A stretch of DNA of 64,000 nucleotides from Alphaproteobacteria bacterium (GCA_965237415.1 CBDEFM010000002.1:2496001-2560000); one strand, 5' to 3'; positions 39,845 to 50,737 are shown, numbered from the stretch's first letter. Program-made: numbers and translations. The notes: a model not told the origin generated them from the sequence alone.

Positions 39845-41194
39845 ATGGCAGCCTCCAATCTCGACGCGCTCACCCGCGATGCGCTCGACTTCTATCTGTT
39901 CCCGCTCGTGAGCAAGCAGGATGTCCGCTCGCAGGGCCCGATGATCTTCACGAGTGCCGAGAGGCTGGAAATCACCGACGCCGGGGGCAAGACCTACCTC
40001 GACATGATGAGCTCCCATACCCGGGCGAGCTCGCTGGGCTACGGGCAGGAGCGCATCGCGCGCGCGATCTACGACCAGCTGATGCAACTCCACTACGCTG
40101 GCACGATCGCCAATGTGGTCGATGTCACGGTCAACCTTTCGGCCAAGATGGCGGAACTGGCGCCGGGCTCGCTCACGGCGACGGTATTTGCCGGCAGCGG
40201 GTCGGAAGCCAACGAGATGTCGATCAAGCTCGCCAAGCAGTACCACATCGCAAAAGGCGACAAGCCGCACGCGCACAAGATCATCTCGCGTTGGGACTCC
40301 TATCACGGCGCCACCATGGGCGTGATCGGCTGCACCGACTATCTCGGCACACGTGCCATCACCGAGCCTGGCGTGCCCGGCTACAGCCGCATCCCTGCGC
40401 CGACGCTCTACCGCACGCCCTTCGGCATGGACCCCTCCGAGGTCTGCGACTTCTGTGTCGACTTCCTGGAGCAGCACATCGTCCATGAGGGGCCGGAGAC
40501 GGTCGCCGCCTTCATCGCCGAGCCGGTGATGCAGGGTGACGGCGTGCAGGTGCCACCCGACGACTACTTCGCCAGGGCGAAGGCGGTCTGCGACAAGTAC
40601 GACGTGCTGTTCATCGGCGACGAGGTGATCACCGGCTTCGGCCGCTGCGGATACTGGTTTGCGCTGGAGCACTGGGGCGTCGAGTGCGACATCATGAGCA
40701 CGGCGAAGGCGATCACCGCCGGCTACTTCCCGCTCGGCGCGTCGACGGCGAGCCGCAAGGTGGCCGACGCGTTGCCGGTGTTCACTCATATCCAGACCTA
40801 CAACGGCCACCCCGGCGCCTGCGCCGCGGCGCTTGCCACCATCGATATCCTGGAGAGCGACAACCTGATCGAGCACGGGCGCGAGACCGGTGCTTACTTT
40901 CTCGATGCCTTGCAGCGGTTGCGGGACCTCCCCATCGTCGGCGACGTGCGCGGGCTCGGCATGTGGACCTGCATCGACTTCACCGTCGACAAAAAGACCA
41001 AGGCGCCGTTCACCGACGACACGGTCAAGGCGATTACGCGCCGCATGGCCGATCTCGGCGTGCTCGGCGGCGAAGAAGGCACGGCGATCGAGTTCGGCCC
41101 GGCGCTCGTCGCCACCCGAGAGGACGTCGACCGCTGCATCGATGTTGCGGAGCAGGCGATCCGCGAGGTGATGGCGGACCGGAACCTCGGCTGA
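39845..41194 (+). CDS. Class III aminotransferase (omega-amino/BioA-like)
   Basis: SGSEANE, SYHGATMG, FIAEPV, DEVITGFGR, TAKAITAGY, TYNGHP. Confidence 0.9.
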   Translation: MAASNLDALTRDALDFYLFPLVSKQDVRSQGPMIFTSAERLEITDAGGKTYLDMMSSHTRASSLGYGQERIARAIYDQLMQLHYAGTIANVVDVTVNLSAKMAELAPGSLTATVFAGSGSEANEMSIKLAKQYHIAKGDKPHAHKIISRWDSYHGATMGVIGCTDYLGTRAITEPGVPGYSRIPAPTLYRTPFGMDPSEVCDFCVDFLEQHIVHEGPETVAAFIAEPVMQGDGVQVPPDDYFARAKAVCDKYDVLFIGDEVITGFGRCGYWFALEHWGVECDIMSTAKAITAGYFPLGASTASRKVADALPVFTHIQTYNGHPGACAAALATIDILESDNLIEHGRETGAYFLDALQRLRDLPIVGDVRGLGMWTCIDFTVDKKTKAPFTDDTVKAITRRMADLGVLGGEEGTAIEFGPALVATREDVDRCIDVAEQAIREVMADRNLG

Positions 41195-41215
41195 TCGCCG
41201 CTCCCTCAACCCGGA

Positions 41216-42613
41216 TCAGTCCAGGATCACGCCGGGATTGAGGATGCCCTTGGGGTCGAGCGTGGCCTTCAGCCTGCGCATCAGCGCGATCTCCTCGGGC
41301 GTGCGCGCGAGCGGCAAATAGGCGCGCTTCATCACGCCGATGCCGTGCTCGGCGCTGATGCTGCCCGCGTGGCCGTGCACAGCGCCGTAGATCGCCTCCG
41401 CCAACGCCGGCTCCATGGCGAGAAAGTCGGCGTCTGAGAGCCCCGGCTCCTGCGCCATGTTGACGTGGACATTGCCATCGCCCAGATGGCCGAAGAGAAC
41501 CACCCGCACGCCCGCGAACCCCTCGGCCAGCGCCTCCATCTCGCCGAGAAACGCGGGGATCACGCCGGGCGGTACCGTCACGTCGAACTTGTGGGTGAGC
41601 CCGCGGCGGCTCACCGTCTCGGTCGGGGCCTCGCGCACCTGCCAGATAGCCCGCGCCTGGGCCTCGGAACCCGCGACCACAGCGTCGACGATCAGCCCGT
41701 CGGCGAGCAGGCTCTCGAGCCCGGCTGCGAAGGCTTCGCCCGCCGCCTCGCCTGTGGTGGACTCCTCTTCGATCACGACGAGGCTCGCGTGCTCGCCCGC
41801 GAGCGGGATGCGAAGCTCGGAGTCCGCCTCGCGGACATAGGCCACAGTTGCCCCGTCGATGAACTCGAGCGACGAGAGGCGGGGGAAGCGCGCCCGCGCC
41901 GCCTGCAGCAGGGCAGGCAGGAGGTCGCGGCGTGCCAGGCCTGCGAGCGCGGTCTGAAACGCCTCCGGCGCCGGCTGCACCTGGAGCACGGCGCGGGTGA
42001 TGACGCCGAGCGTGCCCTCCGAGCCGATGAAGACCTGTTTCAGGTCGATGCCGGTGTTGTTCTTCTTGAGGATGTTGAGGCCGCTCACCACGGTGCCGTC
42101 GGCGAGCACGACTTCGAGGCCGCGCACCTGCTCGCGCATGTGGCCGTAGCGGAGCACCTTCACCCCGCCGGCATTGGTGGCGATCATGCCGCCGATCTGG
42201 CATGACCCGCGGGCGCCGAGATCCACCGGCATGTCGTAGCCCCGCTCGGCGAGATAATTCTGTAGCGTCTCCAGCACGACACCGGCCTGAACCCGTACGG
42301 TGGCCGAGGCCTCGTCGAACGCCTCGATCGCGCCCATCCGCTCGACGCTGAGCACCACCTCGCCCGCGCGCGGCACCCCGCCGCCCACCATCCCGGTGTT
42401 GCCGGCCTGGGGCACCACGGGCACGTCGAGCTCGGTGCAGGCCGCGAGCACCGCCGCCACTTCCTCGGTCGAGCGCGGGCGCACCACGAGCGGCGCGCTG
42501 CCGACATACTTGCCGATCCAGTCGCGCGCATAGCGGGCCGTGTCGGCGGGGTCGTCGAGATAGAGCGCCGGGTCGCCGAGCCTGGCGCGCAGCCTCTCGT
42601 GGGGCGCCGTCAT
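41216..42613 (-). CDS. FAD-linked oxidase (D-2-hydroxyacid/D-2-hydroxyglutarate dehydrogenase-like)
   Basis: GNTGMVGG, GGMIATNAGG, KNNTG.DLKQ.FIGSEGTLG, GHLGDGNVH, SAEHGIG, DPKGILNPG. Confidence 0.9.
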   Translation of the reverse strand: MTAPHERLRARLGDPALYLDDPADTARYARDWIGKYVGSAPLVVRPRSTEEVAAVLAACTELDVPVVPQAGNTGMVGGGVPRAGEVVLSVERMGAIEAFDEASATVRVQAGVVLETLQNYLAERGYDMPVDLGARGSCQIGGMIATNAGGVKVLRYGHMREQVRGLEVVLADGTVVSGLNILKKNNTGIDLKQVFIGSEGTLGVITRAVLQVQPAPEAFQTALAGLARRDLLPALLQAARARFPRLSSLEFIDGATVAYVREADSELRIPLAGEHASLVVIEEESTTGEAAGEAFAAGLESLLADGLIVDAVVAGSEAQARAIWQVREAPTETVSRRGLTHKFDVTVPPGVIPAFLGEMEALAEGFAGVRVVLFGHLGDGNVHVNMAQEPGLSDADFLAMEPALAEAIYGAVHGHAGSISAEHGIGVMKRAYLPLARTPEEIALMRRLKATLDPKGILNPGVILD

Positions 42614-42691
42614 CGTGCACTCCATTCGGCAGAGGGCCGGTTTTGCGGCACTATGCGGCCTGCGTCAAACGGCGAGGGCGGAGCGCGGCGG

Positions 42692-43333
42692 ATGGGCGTC
42701 AAGGTACTGTTTCTCGACTATGACGGCGTGATCGCCGACAGCATGGGGGCCAAGGTGGAAGCCATGGCCGACGCCTTCGCGCCCTATACCCAGGATCGGG
42801 ATGCGGTCGCCGACGGCTTCAGGCGCCACGCCGGCAGCGGCCGGGAATTGGTTTTCGACCACATCTACGAGGACCTGCTGGGAAAGGCGCTCGACGAGCC
42901 CACCCGCGAGCGCATCCTGGGCGCGTTTCTCGACCGCATCGACGCCATCAACGCGGCGATCCGCCTCTTCCCCGGCGTCCATGACTTCATCGAAGGCCAG
43001 GCGGCGAAGCGGCTCGTCGCCGTGGTGACGGGGGTGCCGCACGACGAGGCCGAGCGGCAGCTTGAGCGCTTGGGCCTCGCGCCCTTTCTCGCCTCGGTTC
43101 ATGGAGCGACGCGCGCGACGCCCAAGCACATCCACATGAAGCGATTCCTGGAGGCCCGCGCTATCCAGCCCGCCGATGCCCTCTTCGTGGGCGATTCTCA
43201 TGCCGATATGCGCGAGGCCGCATTGGCTGGCGTCCCCTTCGTCGGCATCGGCACGCTGGATTTTTTCGCCGCTGGTGCACCGCGCGCCGTGGTTCCCCGC
43301 CTGCCCGACCTTGCCCCACTCATCGACGGCTGA
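42692..43333 (+). CDS. HAD superfamily hydrolase
   Basis: DYDGVIADS (motif I), VTG, PK, FVGDSHAD. Confidence 0.85.
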   Translation: MGVKVLFLDYDGVIADSMGAKVEAMADAFAPYTQDRDAVADGFRRHAGSGRELVFDHIYEDLLGKALDEPTRERILGAFLDRIDAINAAIRLFPGVHDFIEGQAAKRLVAVVTGVPHDEAERQLERLGLAPFLASVHGATRATPKHIHMKRFLEARAIQPADALFVGDSHADMREAALAGVPFVGIGTLDFFAAGAPRAVVPRLPDLAPLIDG

Positions 43334-43343
43334 GGCCGCGCGA

Positions 43344-45071
43344 TCAGACAGGCACCAAGATGCCCGAGCGCGGGGCAGTGAGAATATCGAGATCGCAGCC
43401 GCGGTCGGCCTGCTCCACATGGGCCAGGTGGAGCGCGAGATAGCCACGCTCCGCACCCGGCGGCGGAGCCGGCGGGCGCCACGCCGCACGGCGCGCATCG
43501 AGCGCAGCCTGCGGCACATCCAGCGTGAGCGAGCGTGCTTTCACGTCGAGGATGATCCGATCGCCGCTCTCGACCAGAGAAAGCGGCCCGCCGATGGCGG
43601 CCTCCGGGCAAGCGTGGAGCACGATGGTGCCGAAGGCGGTGCCGCTCATCCGCGCGTCGGAAAGCCGTACCATGTCGGTCACACCCGCCGTGGCGAGCCT
43701 ACGGGGGATCGGGATGTAGCCGGCTTCCGGCATCCCCGGCGCACCCTTGGGGCCGGCGTTGCGCAACACTAGTACGTCGTCCGGCGTGACGTCGAGCGCG
43801 GGATCGTCGATCCGCTCTGTGAGGTCGGCGAGGGAGTCGAACACGACCGCGCGCCCGGTGTGTCGGCAGAGCGCGGGCGTTGCCGCCGATTGCTTGATGA
43901 TCGCACCGTCCGGCGCGAGGTTGCCGCGCAGCACGGCGATGCCGCCCTCGGGATAGATGGGATCGTCCCGCTCGCGCACCACGTCCTGCGGCCAGGGGGC
44001 GGGCGCGGCGGCGATCTCCTCCCCGAGAGTACGCCCGGTCACGGTCAGGCAGTCGAGATCGAGCTGATCCGCCAGCGCGCGCAGCACCGGCATGAGCCCG
44101 CCGGCCTTGTTCAAATCCTCCATGTAGTGCTGGCCGGAGGGTTTGAGATCGACCAGCACCGGGGTCTCGCGGCTGAGCCGGTCGAGGCGGTCGAGGTCGA
44201 GATCGAAACCGCAGCGCCCGGCGATGGCAGCGAGGTGGATCACCGCGTTGGTCGAGCCGCCGACTGCCAGCAGCACCCTGAGCGCATTGGTGAAGGCGGC
44301 GGGCGAGAGGATGCGATCCGGTGTGAGCCCGTCTGCCGCGAGCGCCACGGCGCGCGCGCCGGTCCCACGCGCAACCCGCTGCCGGTCGGCGAGCACCGCC
44401 GGGATCGCGGCGCTCCCCGGCAGCATCATGCCGAGCGCTTCCGCCGCGCAGGCCATGGTGCTGGCCGTCCCCATCACCATGCAGGTGCCGGCAGAGGGCA
44501 TGAGCCGGCCGCCGACCTCCGCGATCTCGTCCTCATCGACACGGCCGCCCCGGTGAGCACCCCAGTAGCGCCGGCAATCGGTGCAGGCGCCGAGCCGCTC
44601 CCCCCGGTGGCTCCCGGTCAGCATCGGCCCCGTGACCAGCTGGATCGCGGGCACGCCGGCGCTCGCCGCCGCCATGAGCTGCGCCGGCACGGTCTTGTCG
44701 CAGCCGCCGATCAGCACCACAGCGTCGAGCGGATGGGCCCTGATCATCTCCTCCGTGTCCATCGCCATGAGGTTGCGGAAGAGCATGGTTGTCGGGTGCA
44801 TGAAAGGCTCGCCGAGCGAGATCGTGGGGAAGGTCAATGGCAGTCCGCCCGCAGCCGTAACGCCGCGCTCCACCGCTTCGATCAGGGCCGGCACCGTGCC
44901 GTGGCAGCTCACGAGGCCGCTGGCTGTGTTCACGATGCCGATGACAGGTCGGTCGAGCTCCGCCTCGGTGTAGCCCATCGACTTGGCGAAGGCCTTGCGC
45001 AGGAAGAGCGAGAAGCCGGGATCGCCGTAGTCGGTGAGCTTGCGCCGCAGCCCGGTGGGCTTATCGGTCAT
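43344..45071 (-). CDS. IlvD/Edd family dehydratase (sugar-acid/dihydroxy-acid dehydratase)
   Basis: RNLMAMD.EE, GGCDKT, CMVMGTASTM, GGSTNAVIHL, GAPGMPE, DARMSGT. Confidence 0.92.
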   Translation of the reverse strand: MTDKPTGLRRKLTDYGDPGFSLFLRKAFAKSMGYTEAELDRPVIGIVNTASGLVSCHGTVPALIEAVERGVTAAGGLPLTFPTISLGEPFMHPTTMLFRNLMAMDTEEMIRAHPLDAVVLIGGCDKTVPAQLMAAASAGVPAIQLVTGPMLTGSHRGERLGACTDCRRYWGAHRGGRVDEDEIAEVGGRLMPSAGTCMVMGTASTMACAAEALGMMLPGSAAIPAVLADRQRVARGTGARAVALAADGLTPDRILSPAAFTNALRVLLAVGGSTNAVIHLAAIAGRCGFDLDLDRLDRLSRETPVLVDLKPSGQHYMEDLNKAGGLMPVLRALADQLDLDCLTVTGRTLGEEIAAAPAPWPQDVVRERDDPIYPEGGIAVLRGNLAPDGAIIKQSAATPALCRHTGRAVVFDSLADLTERIDDPALDVTPDDVLVLRNAGPKGAPGMPEAGYIPIPRRLATAGVTDMVRLSDARMSGTAFGTIVLHACPEAAIGGPLSLVESGDRIILDVKARSLTLDVPQAALDARRAAWRPPAPPPGAERGYLALHLAHVEQADRGCDLDILTAPRSGILVPV

Positions 45072-45108
45072 GCTCGTCTCCGCCTGCGGGTGGGTAGCAC
45101 AGCGGCCG

Positions 45109-45879
45109 TCACTCGGGCACGAGCCCGCAACTCACGCCGCCGTCGATGGTGAGCGCGATGCCGGTGACCCAGCGCGCCTCGTCCGAGGCGAGGTAAACGA
45201 AGCCCGCGGCGATATGGGCCGGGTCGCCCACGCCGAGGGGGTGCAGCCGTGCCAGCCGCTCCTTGAACCCCTCGGGATCGTCGAGCTGTGAGAGGTGATA
45301 GTCGACCATCGGCGTCTGCACCCAGCCGGGGCAGACGCAGTTGGCCCTGATCTGATCCCTGGCGCCATCCAGCGCCAAGCACTTCGTCAGCATGACGACC
45401 GCGCCCTTGGAGGTCGCATAGGCTACCTGACCCGGCGTGCCAATGAGGCCCGCAACAGAGGCGGTGTTGAGGATCGCGCCGCCGTGGCGCTCGCGCATAT
45501 GGCCCCAGACCGCCTTGGCGCCCCGGTAGATGCTGGTGACGTTGACGTCCATCTGGCGGTCCCAGTCCGCCCGCTCGACCTCCTCCACGCTGCCGATCAC
45601 CGCCTGTCCGGCGTTGTTGACGAGGATATCGACGTGGCCGAGAGCCTCGATGGCGCCAGCGACCATCCCCGCCACGTCGTCGTCCTGCATGACGTCGGCC
45701 TCGATGGCGATGGCGCTGCCGCCCGCCGCCTCGATGGCGCGCACGGTGGCGACGTTGTCGTCGGCGCTGAGCCCCGCGCAGGCAACCGCCGCGCCCTCCT
45801 TGGCAAAGCGCAGCGCCGTGGCGCGGCCGATGCCCGAGCCCGCGCCCGTGACGATGGCCGTCTTGCCGCCCAATCTCAT
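45109..45879 (-). CDS. Short-chain dehydrogenase/reductase
   Basis: [23 protein letters not shown]. Confidence 0.92.
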   Translation of the reverse strand: MRLGGKTAIVTGAGSGIGRATALRFAKEGAAVACAGLSADDNVATVRAIEAAGGSAIAIEADVMQDDDVAGMVAGAIEALGHVDILVNNAGQAVIGSVEEVERADWDRQMDVNVTSIYRGAKAVWGHMRERHGGAILNTASVAGLIGTPGQVAYATSKGAVVMLTKCLALDGARDQIRANCVCPGWVQTPMVDYHLSQLDDPEGFKERLARLHPLGVGDPAHIAAGFVYLASDEARWVTGIALTIDGGVSCGLVPE

Positions 45880-46020
45880 CGTGGCCTCATGCCAGCCTCG
45901 TGCGACCATGCCCCCGCTCAAGCCCGGCGCAGGATAGCCCGGCGCTTTCCGGGCCGCGAGGGTTGACTCCGGTCCCCGCCAGCCGATAGGCCGGGCCGTG
46001 AACGGGACGGAACGGAGGCG

Positions 46021-46833
46021 ATGAGGCTAGAGGGCAAGACCGCCATCGTCACCGGCGGCGGACGCGGCATCGGCCGCGAGATCGGGCGCCGCTTCGCCGC
46101 GGAAGGCGCGCATGTGCTGCTCGCCGATATCGACGGCGACCGGGCGCGCGATGCCGCAGACGAGATCGGCGCGGCAGGCGGGCAGGCGACGCCGTGTACC
46201 GCCGACCTCGGCCTGCCCGAGGGCGCGCGGCACATGTTCGAGCATGCGGAGGACTGCTTCGGCGGACGCCTCGACATTCTCATCAACAATGCGGGCATCG
46301 CCCATCACGGCGCCTTCCTCGAGCTTTCGTTCGAGGATTGGGAGCGCGTGCTGCGCAACAACCTCACCAGCGCCTTCCTCTGCGCGCAGGGGGCCGCGCG
46401 GATCATGGCGGTGAATGGCGGCGGGCGGATCGTCAACATCGGTTCGATCTCGGGCCAGCGCGGCAGCTACGGGCGGACCGCCTACGGCGTCACCAAGGCG
46501 GGCATCCACCAGATGACGCGGATCATGGCGGTCGAGCTCGGCCCGCGCGGCATCGCCGTCAACGCCATCGCGCCCGGCCCCATCGATACCGGCATCACCA
46601 GCATGGGCCCGGATCAGGAGCGCCGTTATCTCGAGCGGATTCCGCTGGAGCGATTCGGCCACGCCCGCGACATCGCAGGCACGGCGCTCTTCCTCGCCAG
46701 CGACGAGGCAGCCTACCTCACCGGCAGCGTCGTCAACGTCGACGGCGGCTTCGATGCCGCCGGCCTCATCTTCAGCTACACAGAACTCACGACGGTGAAG
46801 AGCGATGTCCGCGACCCTAACAAGAGCGACTGA
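46021..46833 (+). CDS. Short-chain dehydrogenase/reductase
   Basis: TGGGRGIG, NNAG, YGVTK, NAIAPG; GGAGG SD. Confidence 0.92.
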   Translation: MRLEGKTAIVTGGGRGIGREIGRRFAAEGAHVLLADIDGDRARDAADEIGAAGGQATPCTADLGLPEGARHMFEHAEDCFGGRLDILINNAGIAHHGAFLELSFEDWERVLRNNLTSAFLCAQGAARIMAVNGGGRIVNIGSISGQRGSYGRTAYGVTKAGIHQMTRIMAVELGPRGIAVNAIAPGPIDTGITSMGPDQERRYLERIPLERFGHARDIAGTALFLASDEAAYLTGSVVNVDGGFDAAGLIFSYTELTTVKSDVRDPNKSD

Positions 46834-46837
46834 GCCG

Positions 46838-47590
46838 ATGCGTATCAAGGGATGCGAGGCCTTCGTCACCGGCGCCGCCGGCGGCATCGGCGCCCGCCTG
46901 GTAGCGGCGCTGGCGGAGCGCGGCGCCCGGCGCATCCACGCCGCCGACTTGGCCGCTCCGCTCGCGAAGGCGGCGTTTCCGGAAGGCGCGGGCGTGGAAC
47001 CGCTCGCCCTCGACGTGACCGACGAAGCGGCCGTCCAGCGTGCTGCCGAGCAGTGCACGGGCGTCACGCTGGTGGTCAACAATGCCGCCATCGTCGCCTG
47101 GGAAGGCGTGATGAGCGCGCCCACCTTGTCCACCGCACGTACCGTGTTCGAGATCAATTATTGGGGCTATCTGCACGTGGCGCGGGCCTTCGCCCCGCTG
47201 CTGGCGGGGAACGGCGGCGGCGCGCTGGCCAACGTCCTCTCCGAAGTGGCCCGGGTCAACGCGCCCTTCTGCGGCTCCTATTCCGCCAGCAAAGCCGCGG
47301 TGTGGTCCGCGACCCAGTGCATGCGGGCGGAGCTTGCAGCCCAGAGGACCCAAGTGTTTGCGGTGTTCCCGAGCTCGACCGATACCCCGATGGTCGCGGG
47401 CTTCGACGGCGAGAAGCAGCGGCCCGAGGCGGTCGCGGAAGGCATCTGCGACGCGCTGGAAGAAGGCGTGGAGGACGTCTGCATCGGCGCCCACTCGATC
47501 CAGACCGAGGCGCTGATGCGGAGCGATCCCAAGGCGGCCGAGCGGGAGTTCGCGGCGTTACTGCCCGGCGCCGCCGCCATACCCGATTAG
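46838..47590 (+). CDS. Short-chain dehydrogenase/reductase
   Basis: TGAAGGIG, NNAA, YSASK. Confidence 0.88.
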   Translation: MRIKGCEAFVTGAAGGIGARLVAALAERGARRIHAADLAAPLAKAAFPEGAGVEPLALDVTDEAAVQRAAEQCTGVTLVVNNAAIVAWEGVMSAPTLSTARTVFEINYWGYLHVARAFAPLLAGNGGGALANVLSEVARVNAPFCGSYSASKAAVWSATQCMRAELAAQRTQVFAVFPSSTDTPMVAGFDGEKQRPEAVAEGICDALEEGVEDVCIGAHSIQTEALMRSDPKAAEREFAALLPGAAAIPD

Positions 47591-47615
47591 AGAGGAACAC
47601 TCGCCCAGCCAACGC

Positions 47616-47780
47616 CCCGGACCATGGCGTGGTGCGCAGCGCGCACCGCCCACCCCATTTTCGCGCCATGCAGCGCAAGAGTGAGAACGAACACGACACG
47701 GGACGAGCGCGCGTGTGCGACACGGTTCCGCGCGCACGACCCTGCGGCGTGCGCAGGCCGTGATTGTGGCGAGAATTCCG
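47616..47780 (+). repeat. Modular intergenic repeat, copy B
   Basis: CCCGGACCATGG, TCGCGCCATGCAG and CCGCGCGCACGACCCTGCGG are shared with copy A. GTGGCGAGAATTCCG (47766-47780) is identical to the reverse complement of 63097-63111. Confidence 0.75.
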
Positions 47781-47782
47781 TC

Positions 47783-49744
47783 CTAGAGCCCAAGCGCGGC
47801 GCGGTGGCCGTCGTGAATGGCGGAGGCGGCATCGCGCGGCAGCAGACAGTCGCCGATGAGCGTGACCGGAACCCCGGCCTCCGCCAGATCGTCGGCAAGT
47901 TCGTCCCGCGCGGCGCGCGGCGTTGCGTAGGTCAGCAGCGCCACGTCCTCGATCGTCGTCTCGGCGCCGGTGATCACGTGGCGGCAGGTGACGCGGTCGC
48001 CCGCGCGGGCGATCGCCTCGGTGAGGCGGCGCACGTCGATGCCGAGGAGCGCGAGCCTGCGCTCGACGCCCATGCGCGACATCAGGTTGACGAAGCGGGC
48101 GTTCTCGGCCGCCGGGGTCAGCAGGACGACGCGGGCGAAGCGCTGCGCCAGCAGCTCGACCGCGCCGTAGACGGCGGGCGTCTGGTCCATGTCGAGCAGG
48201 ACGGCCGTACCCGGCGCCGGTTCCCGATCGGGGCCGGCCTCGACCAAGGTTGCGACAGCCTGCCTGAGATCGACTGCCTCCGCTCCCGCCGCGAGCGCCG
48301 GCGGGCGGCGCATCGTGGAGCCGGCGCCCAGGATCACCGCATCCGGCTCGTACGCCATCACCGAATCTACTGTCGCGGCCTCGCCGAAGCGGAATTCGGC
48401 GCCAGCCTCGATCGCCTTCCTGTGCTGGAATTCGGCGGTCTTCGCCACCTCCGCCCGGCCCGGCAGGCTGGCTTCGAGGCGTGCCGCGCCACCCGGCTCG
48501 GCGCTTGCCGAAAAGACGGTGACCGCATAGCCGCGCGCGGCTGCGACCCACGCGGCCTCCAACCCCGCGAGCCCGGCGCCGATCACCGCCACGCGCTTGC
48601 GGGCATCGGCGGGAGGCGGCTGCCAGCCGGCCTCCCCCGCGCTCCCCAGCACGGGGTTCTGGAAGCAACGGATGGGTTTGCCAGCGTGAATCTCGCCCCA
48701 GCAATAGTTGCAGAAGGTGCAGGCGCGCACGTCGCCGGCCCCGCCGGCCTCTGTCTTGCGCGGCCAATCGGCGTCGGAGATCAGCAGGCGGCTGAAGCCG
48801 ACCATGTCGCAGGCACCCTCGGCTAGCGCGGCCTCTGCCGCCTCTGCCGATTCGATCCTGCCGAGGCCGATCACCGGGAGCCCGCCGCCGGCCGCGCGGA
48901 GCCGCGTGTGGAGAGGCAGGAACGGCCGGGGCGGGTAATGCATGTCGGGCAGATGGGTATCGAACGCAGGCCCGAACGCGCCCTGGCTGAAGGAGAGATA
49001 GTCGAGCACGCCTTCGGCCGCGGCGGTGGCGGCGATACGCTCCGCCTCGTCGGGGTCGATGCCGCCCGGCACACGCTCGTCCGCCGGCAGCTTGATGCCG
49101 ACGATGAAATCCGCCCCGCAGGAGGTGCGGACCGCCGCCATCACCTCGCGCATGAAGCGGGTGCGCCCCTCGAAGCTGCCGCCATAGCCATCCGTCCGGT
49201 CGTTGCAGGCGGGCGAGAGGAACTGCGCGATCAGGTAGCCGTGGGCGCCGTGCAACTCGACCCCGCTGAAGCCCGCACGCTTCAACCGCTCTGCGCTCTC
49301 GGCATAGCCCGCGACGATGCCCGGAATCTCGTCTTCGGCGAGGGGACGGGCGGTGTTCCAGTAGAGCACCTCCGGTTGCGACGACGCGCTGCGCGGCACG
49401 GAATCGAGGCCCCAGAGCTGTTGGCGACCGATGTGGCCGAGCTGGCCGATCAGCCGGCAACCGTGGCGCTCGACTGCCTCGGCCCAGCGCGTGAGCCCCA
49501 CGAGGTTGCCCTCGTCGTGGATGCTCACCAGGATCGGCGCGCCGGTGCTGGTCGGGTGGACGTTCATGAGCTCGGTCACGATCATCGCGGTGCCGCCCTC
49601 GGCGCGGGCCGCGTGATAGGCGATGAGGCGGTCGGTCACGGCACGGTCCTTGCCGAGGCCGGTGACGGTGGCGGTGTGGACGATACGGTTGCGCAATTCG
49701 CGACCGCCCACCGCAATGGGGCTGAACAGGGTATCGAAGGCCAT
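47783..49744 (-). CDS. NADH:flavin oxidoreductase (OYE barrel + 4Fe-4S + FAD domain; 2,4-DCR/TMADH-like)
   Basis: LRNRIV, ELHGAHGYL..QFLSP..N.RTD.YGG, CTFCNYC...CFQNP, GAGLAGLEAA. Confidence 0.9.
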   Translation of the reverse strand: MAFDTLFSPIAVGGRELRNRIVHTATVTGLGKDRAVTDRLIAYHAARAEGGTAMIVTELMNVHPTSTGAPILVSIHDEGNLVGLTRWAEAVERHGCRLIGQLGHIGRQQLWGLDSVPRSASSQPEVLYWNTARPLAEDEIPGIVAGYAESAERLKRAGFSGVELHGAHGYLIAQFLSPACNDRTDGYGGSFEGRTRFMREVMAAVRTSCGADFIVGIKLPADERVPGGIDPDEAERIAATAAAEGVLDYLSFSQGAFGPAFDTHLPDMHYPPRPFLPLHTRLRAAGGGLPVIGLGRIESAEAAEAALAEGACDMVGFSRLLISDADWPRKTEAGGAGDVRACTFCNYCWGEIHAGKPIRCFQNPVLGSAGEAGWQPPPADARKRVAVIGAGLAGLEAAWVAAARGYAVTVFSASAEPGGAARLEASLPGRAEVAKTAEFQHRKAIEAGAEFRFGEAATVDSVMAYEPDAVILGAGSTMRRPPALAAGAEAVDLRQAVATLVEAGPDREPAPGTAVLLDMDQTPAVYGAVELLAQRFARVVLLTPAAENARFVNLMSRMGVERRLALLGIDVRRLTEAIARAGDRVTCRHVITGAETTIEDVALLTYATPRAARDELADDLAEAGVPVTLIGDCLLPRDAASAIHDGHRAALGL

Positions 49745-49771
49745 GGCCGGGTCCGTCGTGAAGGGTCCGGG

Positions 49772-50611
49772 CTAGGCCTTGGATTTCACCTGCGGCACTG
49801 CCGGGTTGGCCGTGTGCTCAGGCCCGGGGAAACGCCGGGCGCGCACGTCGGCAGCGTAGTCCCGCACAGCACCGGCGAGCCCGTCGCCGAGCGCTGCGTA
49901 GCGCTTGACGAAGCGGGGCGTGAAGGCACCGGCGAGCCCCACGATGTCCTCGGTGACGAGGATCTGACCGTCGCAGGCCGGCGACGCGCCGATCCCGATG
50001 GTGGGCACCGCGAGCTCCTGTGTGAGCGTACGCGAGAGCAGCTCGACCGTGTTCTCGATCACGATGCCGAAGGCGCCTGCGGCCTCGACCGCCCGCGCGT
50101 CGGCGAGGATGCGCCGCGCGCTCTCTTCGGTCTTGCCCTGAACCTGGAAGCCGGCCGCGTTGACCGATTGCGGCATCAGCCCGATATGGCCCAGGACGGG
50201 CACGCCGCGCACCGTGAGGAAATCGATCGTCTCCGCCATCTCCTGCCCGCCCTCGAGCTTGACCGCCGCGCAGCCGGTCTCCGCCACGATGCGCGCGGCG
50301 GTGCCGAATGCCTGGGCCGGCGATTGCTGGTAGGAGCCGAAGGGGAGGTCCACGACGATGCAGGCCCGCCTGGTGGCGCGGACCACCGCGCGGCCGTGGG
50401 CGATCATCATGTCGACCGTGACGCCGACCGTCGAGTCCATGCCGTAGAGCACCATGCCGAGCGAATCGCCCACCAGGATGAAGTCGCAGGCCTCATCGAC
50501 AATGCGGGCGACGGGCGCCGTGTACGCGGTGAGGCTCACGATCGGCTCGCCCCCCTTGGCGCGGGCGATATCGCGGACAGTGAGCCGCCGGACCGGGCTG
50601 TCGTTGGCCAT
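49772..50611 (-). CDS. panB: 3-methyl-2-oxobutanoate hydroxymethyltransferase
   Basis: [44 protein letters not shown]. Confidence 0.95.
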   Translation of the reverse strand: MANDSPVRRLTVRDIARAKGGEPIVSLTAYTAPVARIVDEACDFILVGDSLGMVLYGMDSTVGVTVDMMIAHGRAVVRATRRACIVVDLPFGSYQQSPAQAFGTAARIVAETGCAAVKLEGGQEMAETIDFLTVRGVPVLGHIGLMPQSVNAAGFQVQGKTEESARRILADARAVEAAGAFGIVIENTVELLSRTLTQELAVPTIGIGASPACDGQILVTEDIVGLAGAFTPRFVKRYAALGDGLAGAVRDYAADVRARRFPGPEHTANPAVPQVKSKA

Positions 50612-50670
50612 GTCATCGCCTCCCTGGCGAGGCCCTGCGGGCGGCTCGCAGCCGCCCCGGCGCTTTATGC

Positions 50671-50737
50671 TGCGCCGCAACAAAGGCTCATTGTAACAAA
50701 CGCAACGGCATTGTGAAGAAGATGTTGCAATGCAGCA
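50671..50737. promoter_or_regulatory. Two PhaR-type boxes upstream of panB
   Basis: TGCGCCGCAACA (50671-50682) and TGCAATGCAGCA (50726-50737) in an AT-rich intergenic region. Confidence 0.45.
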
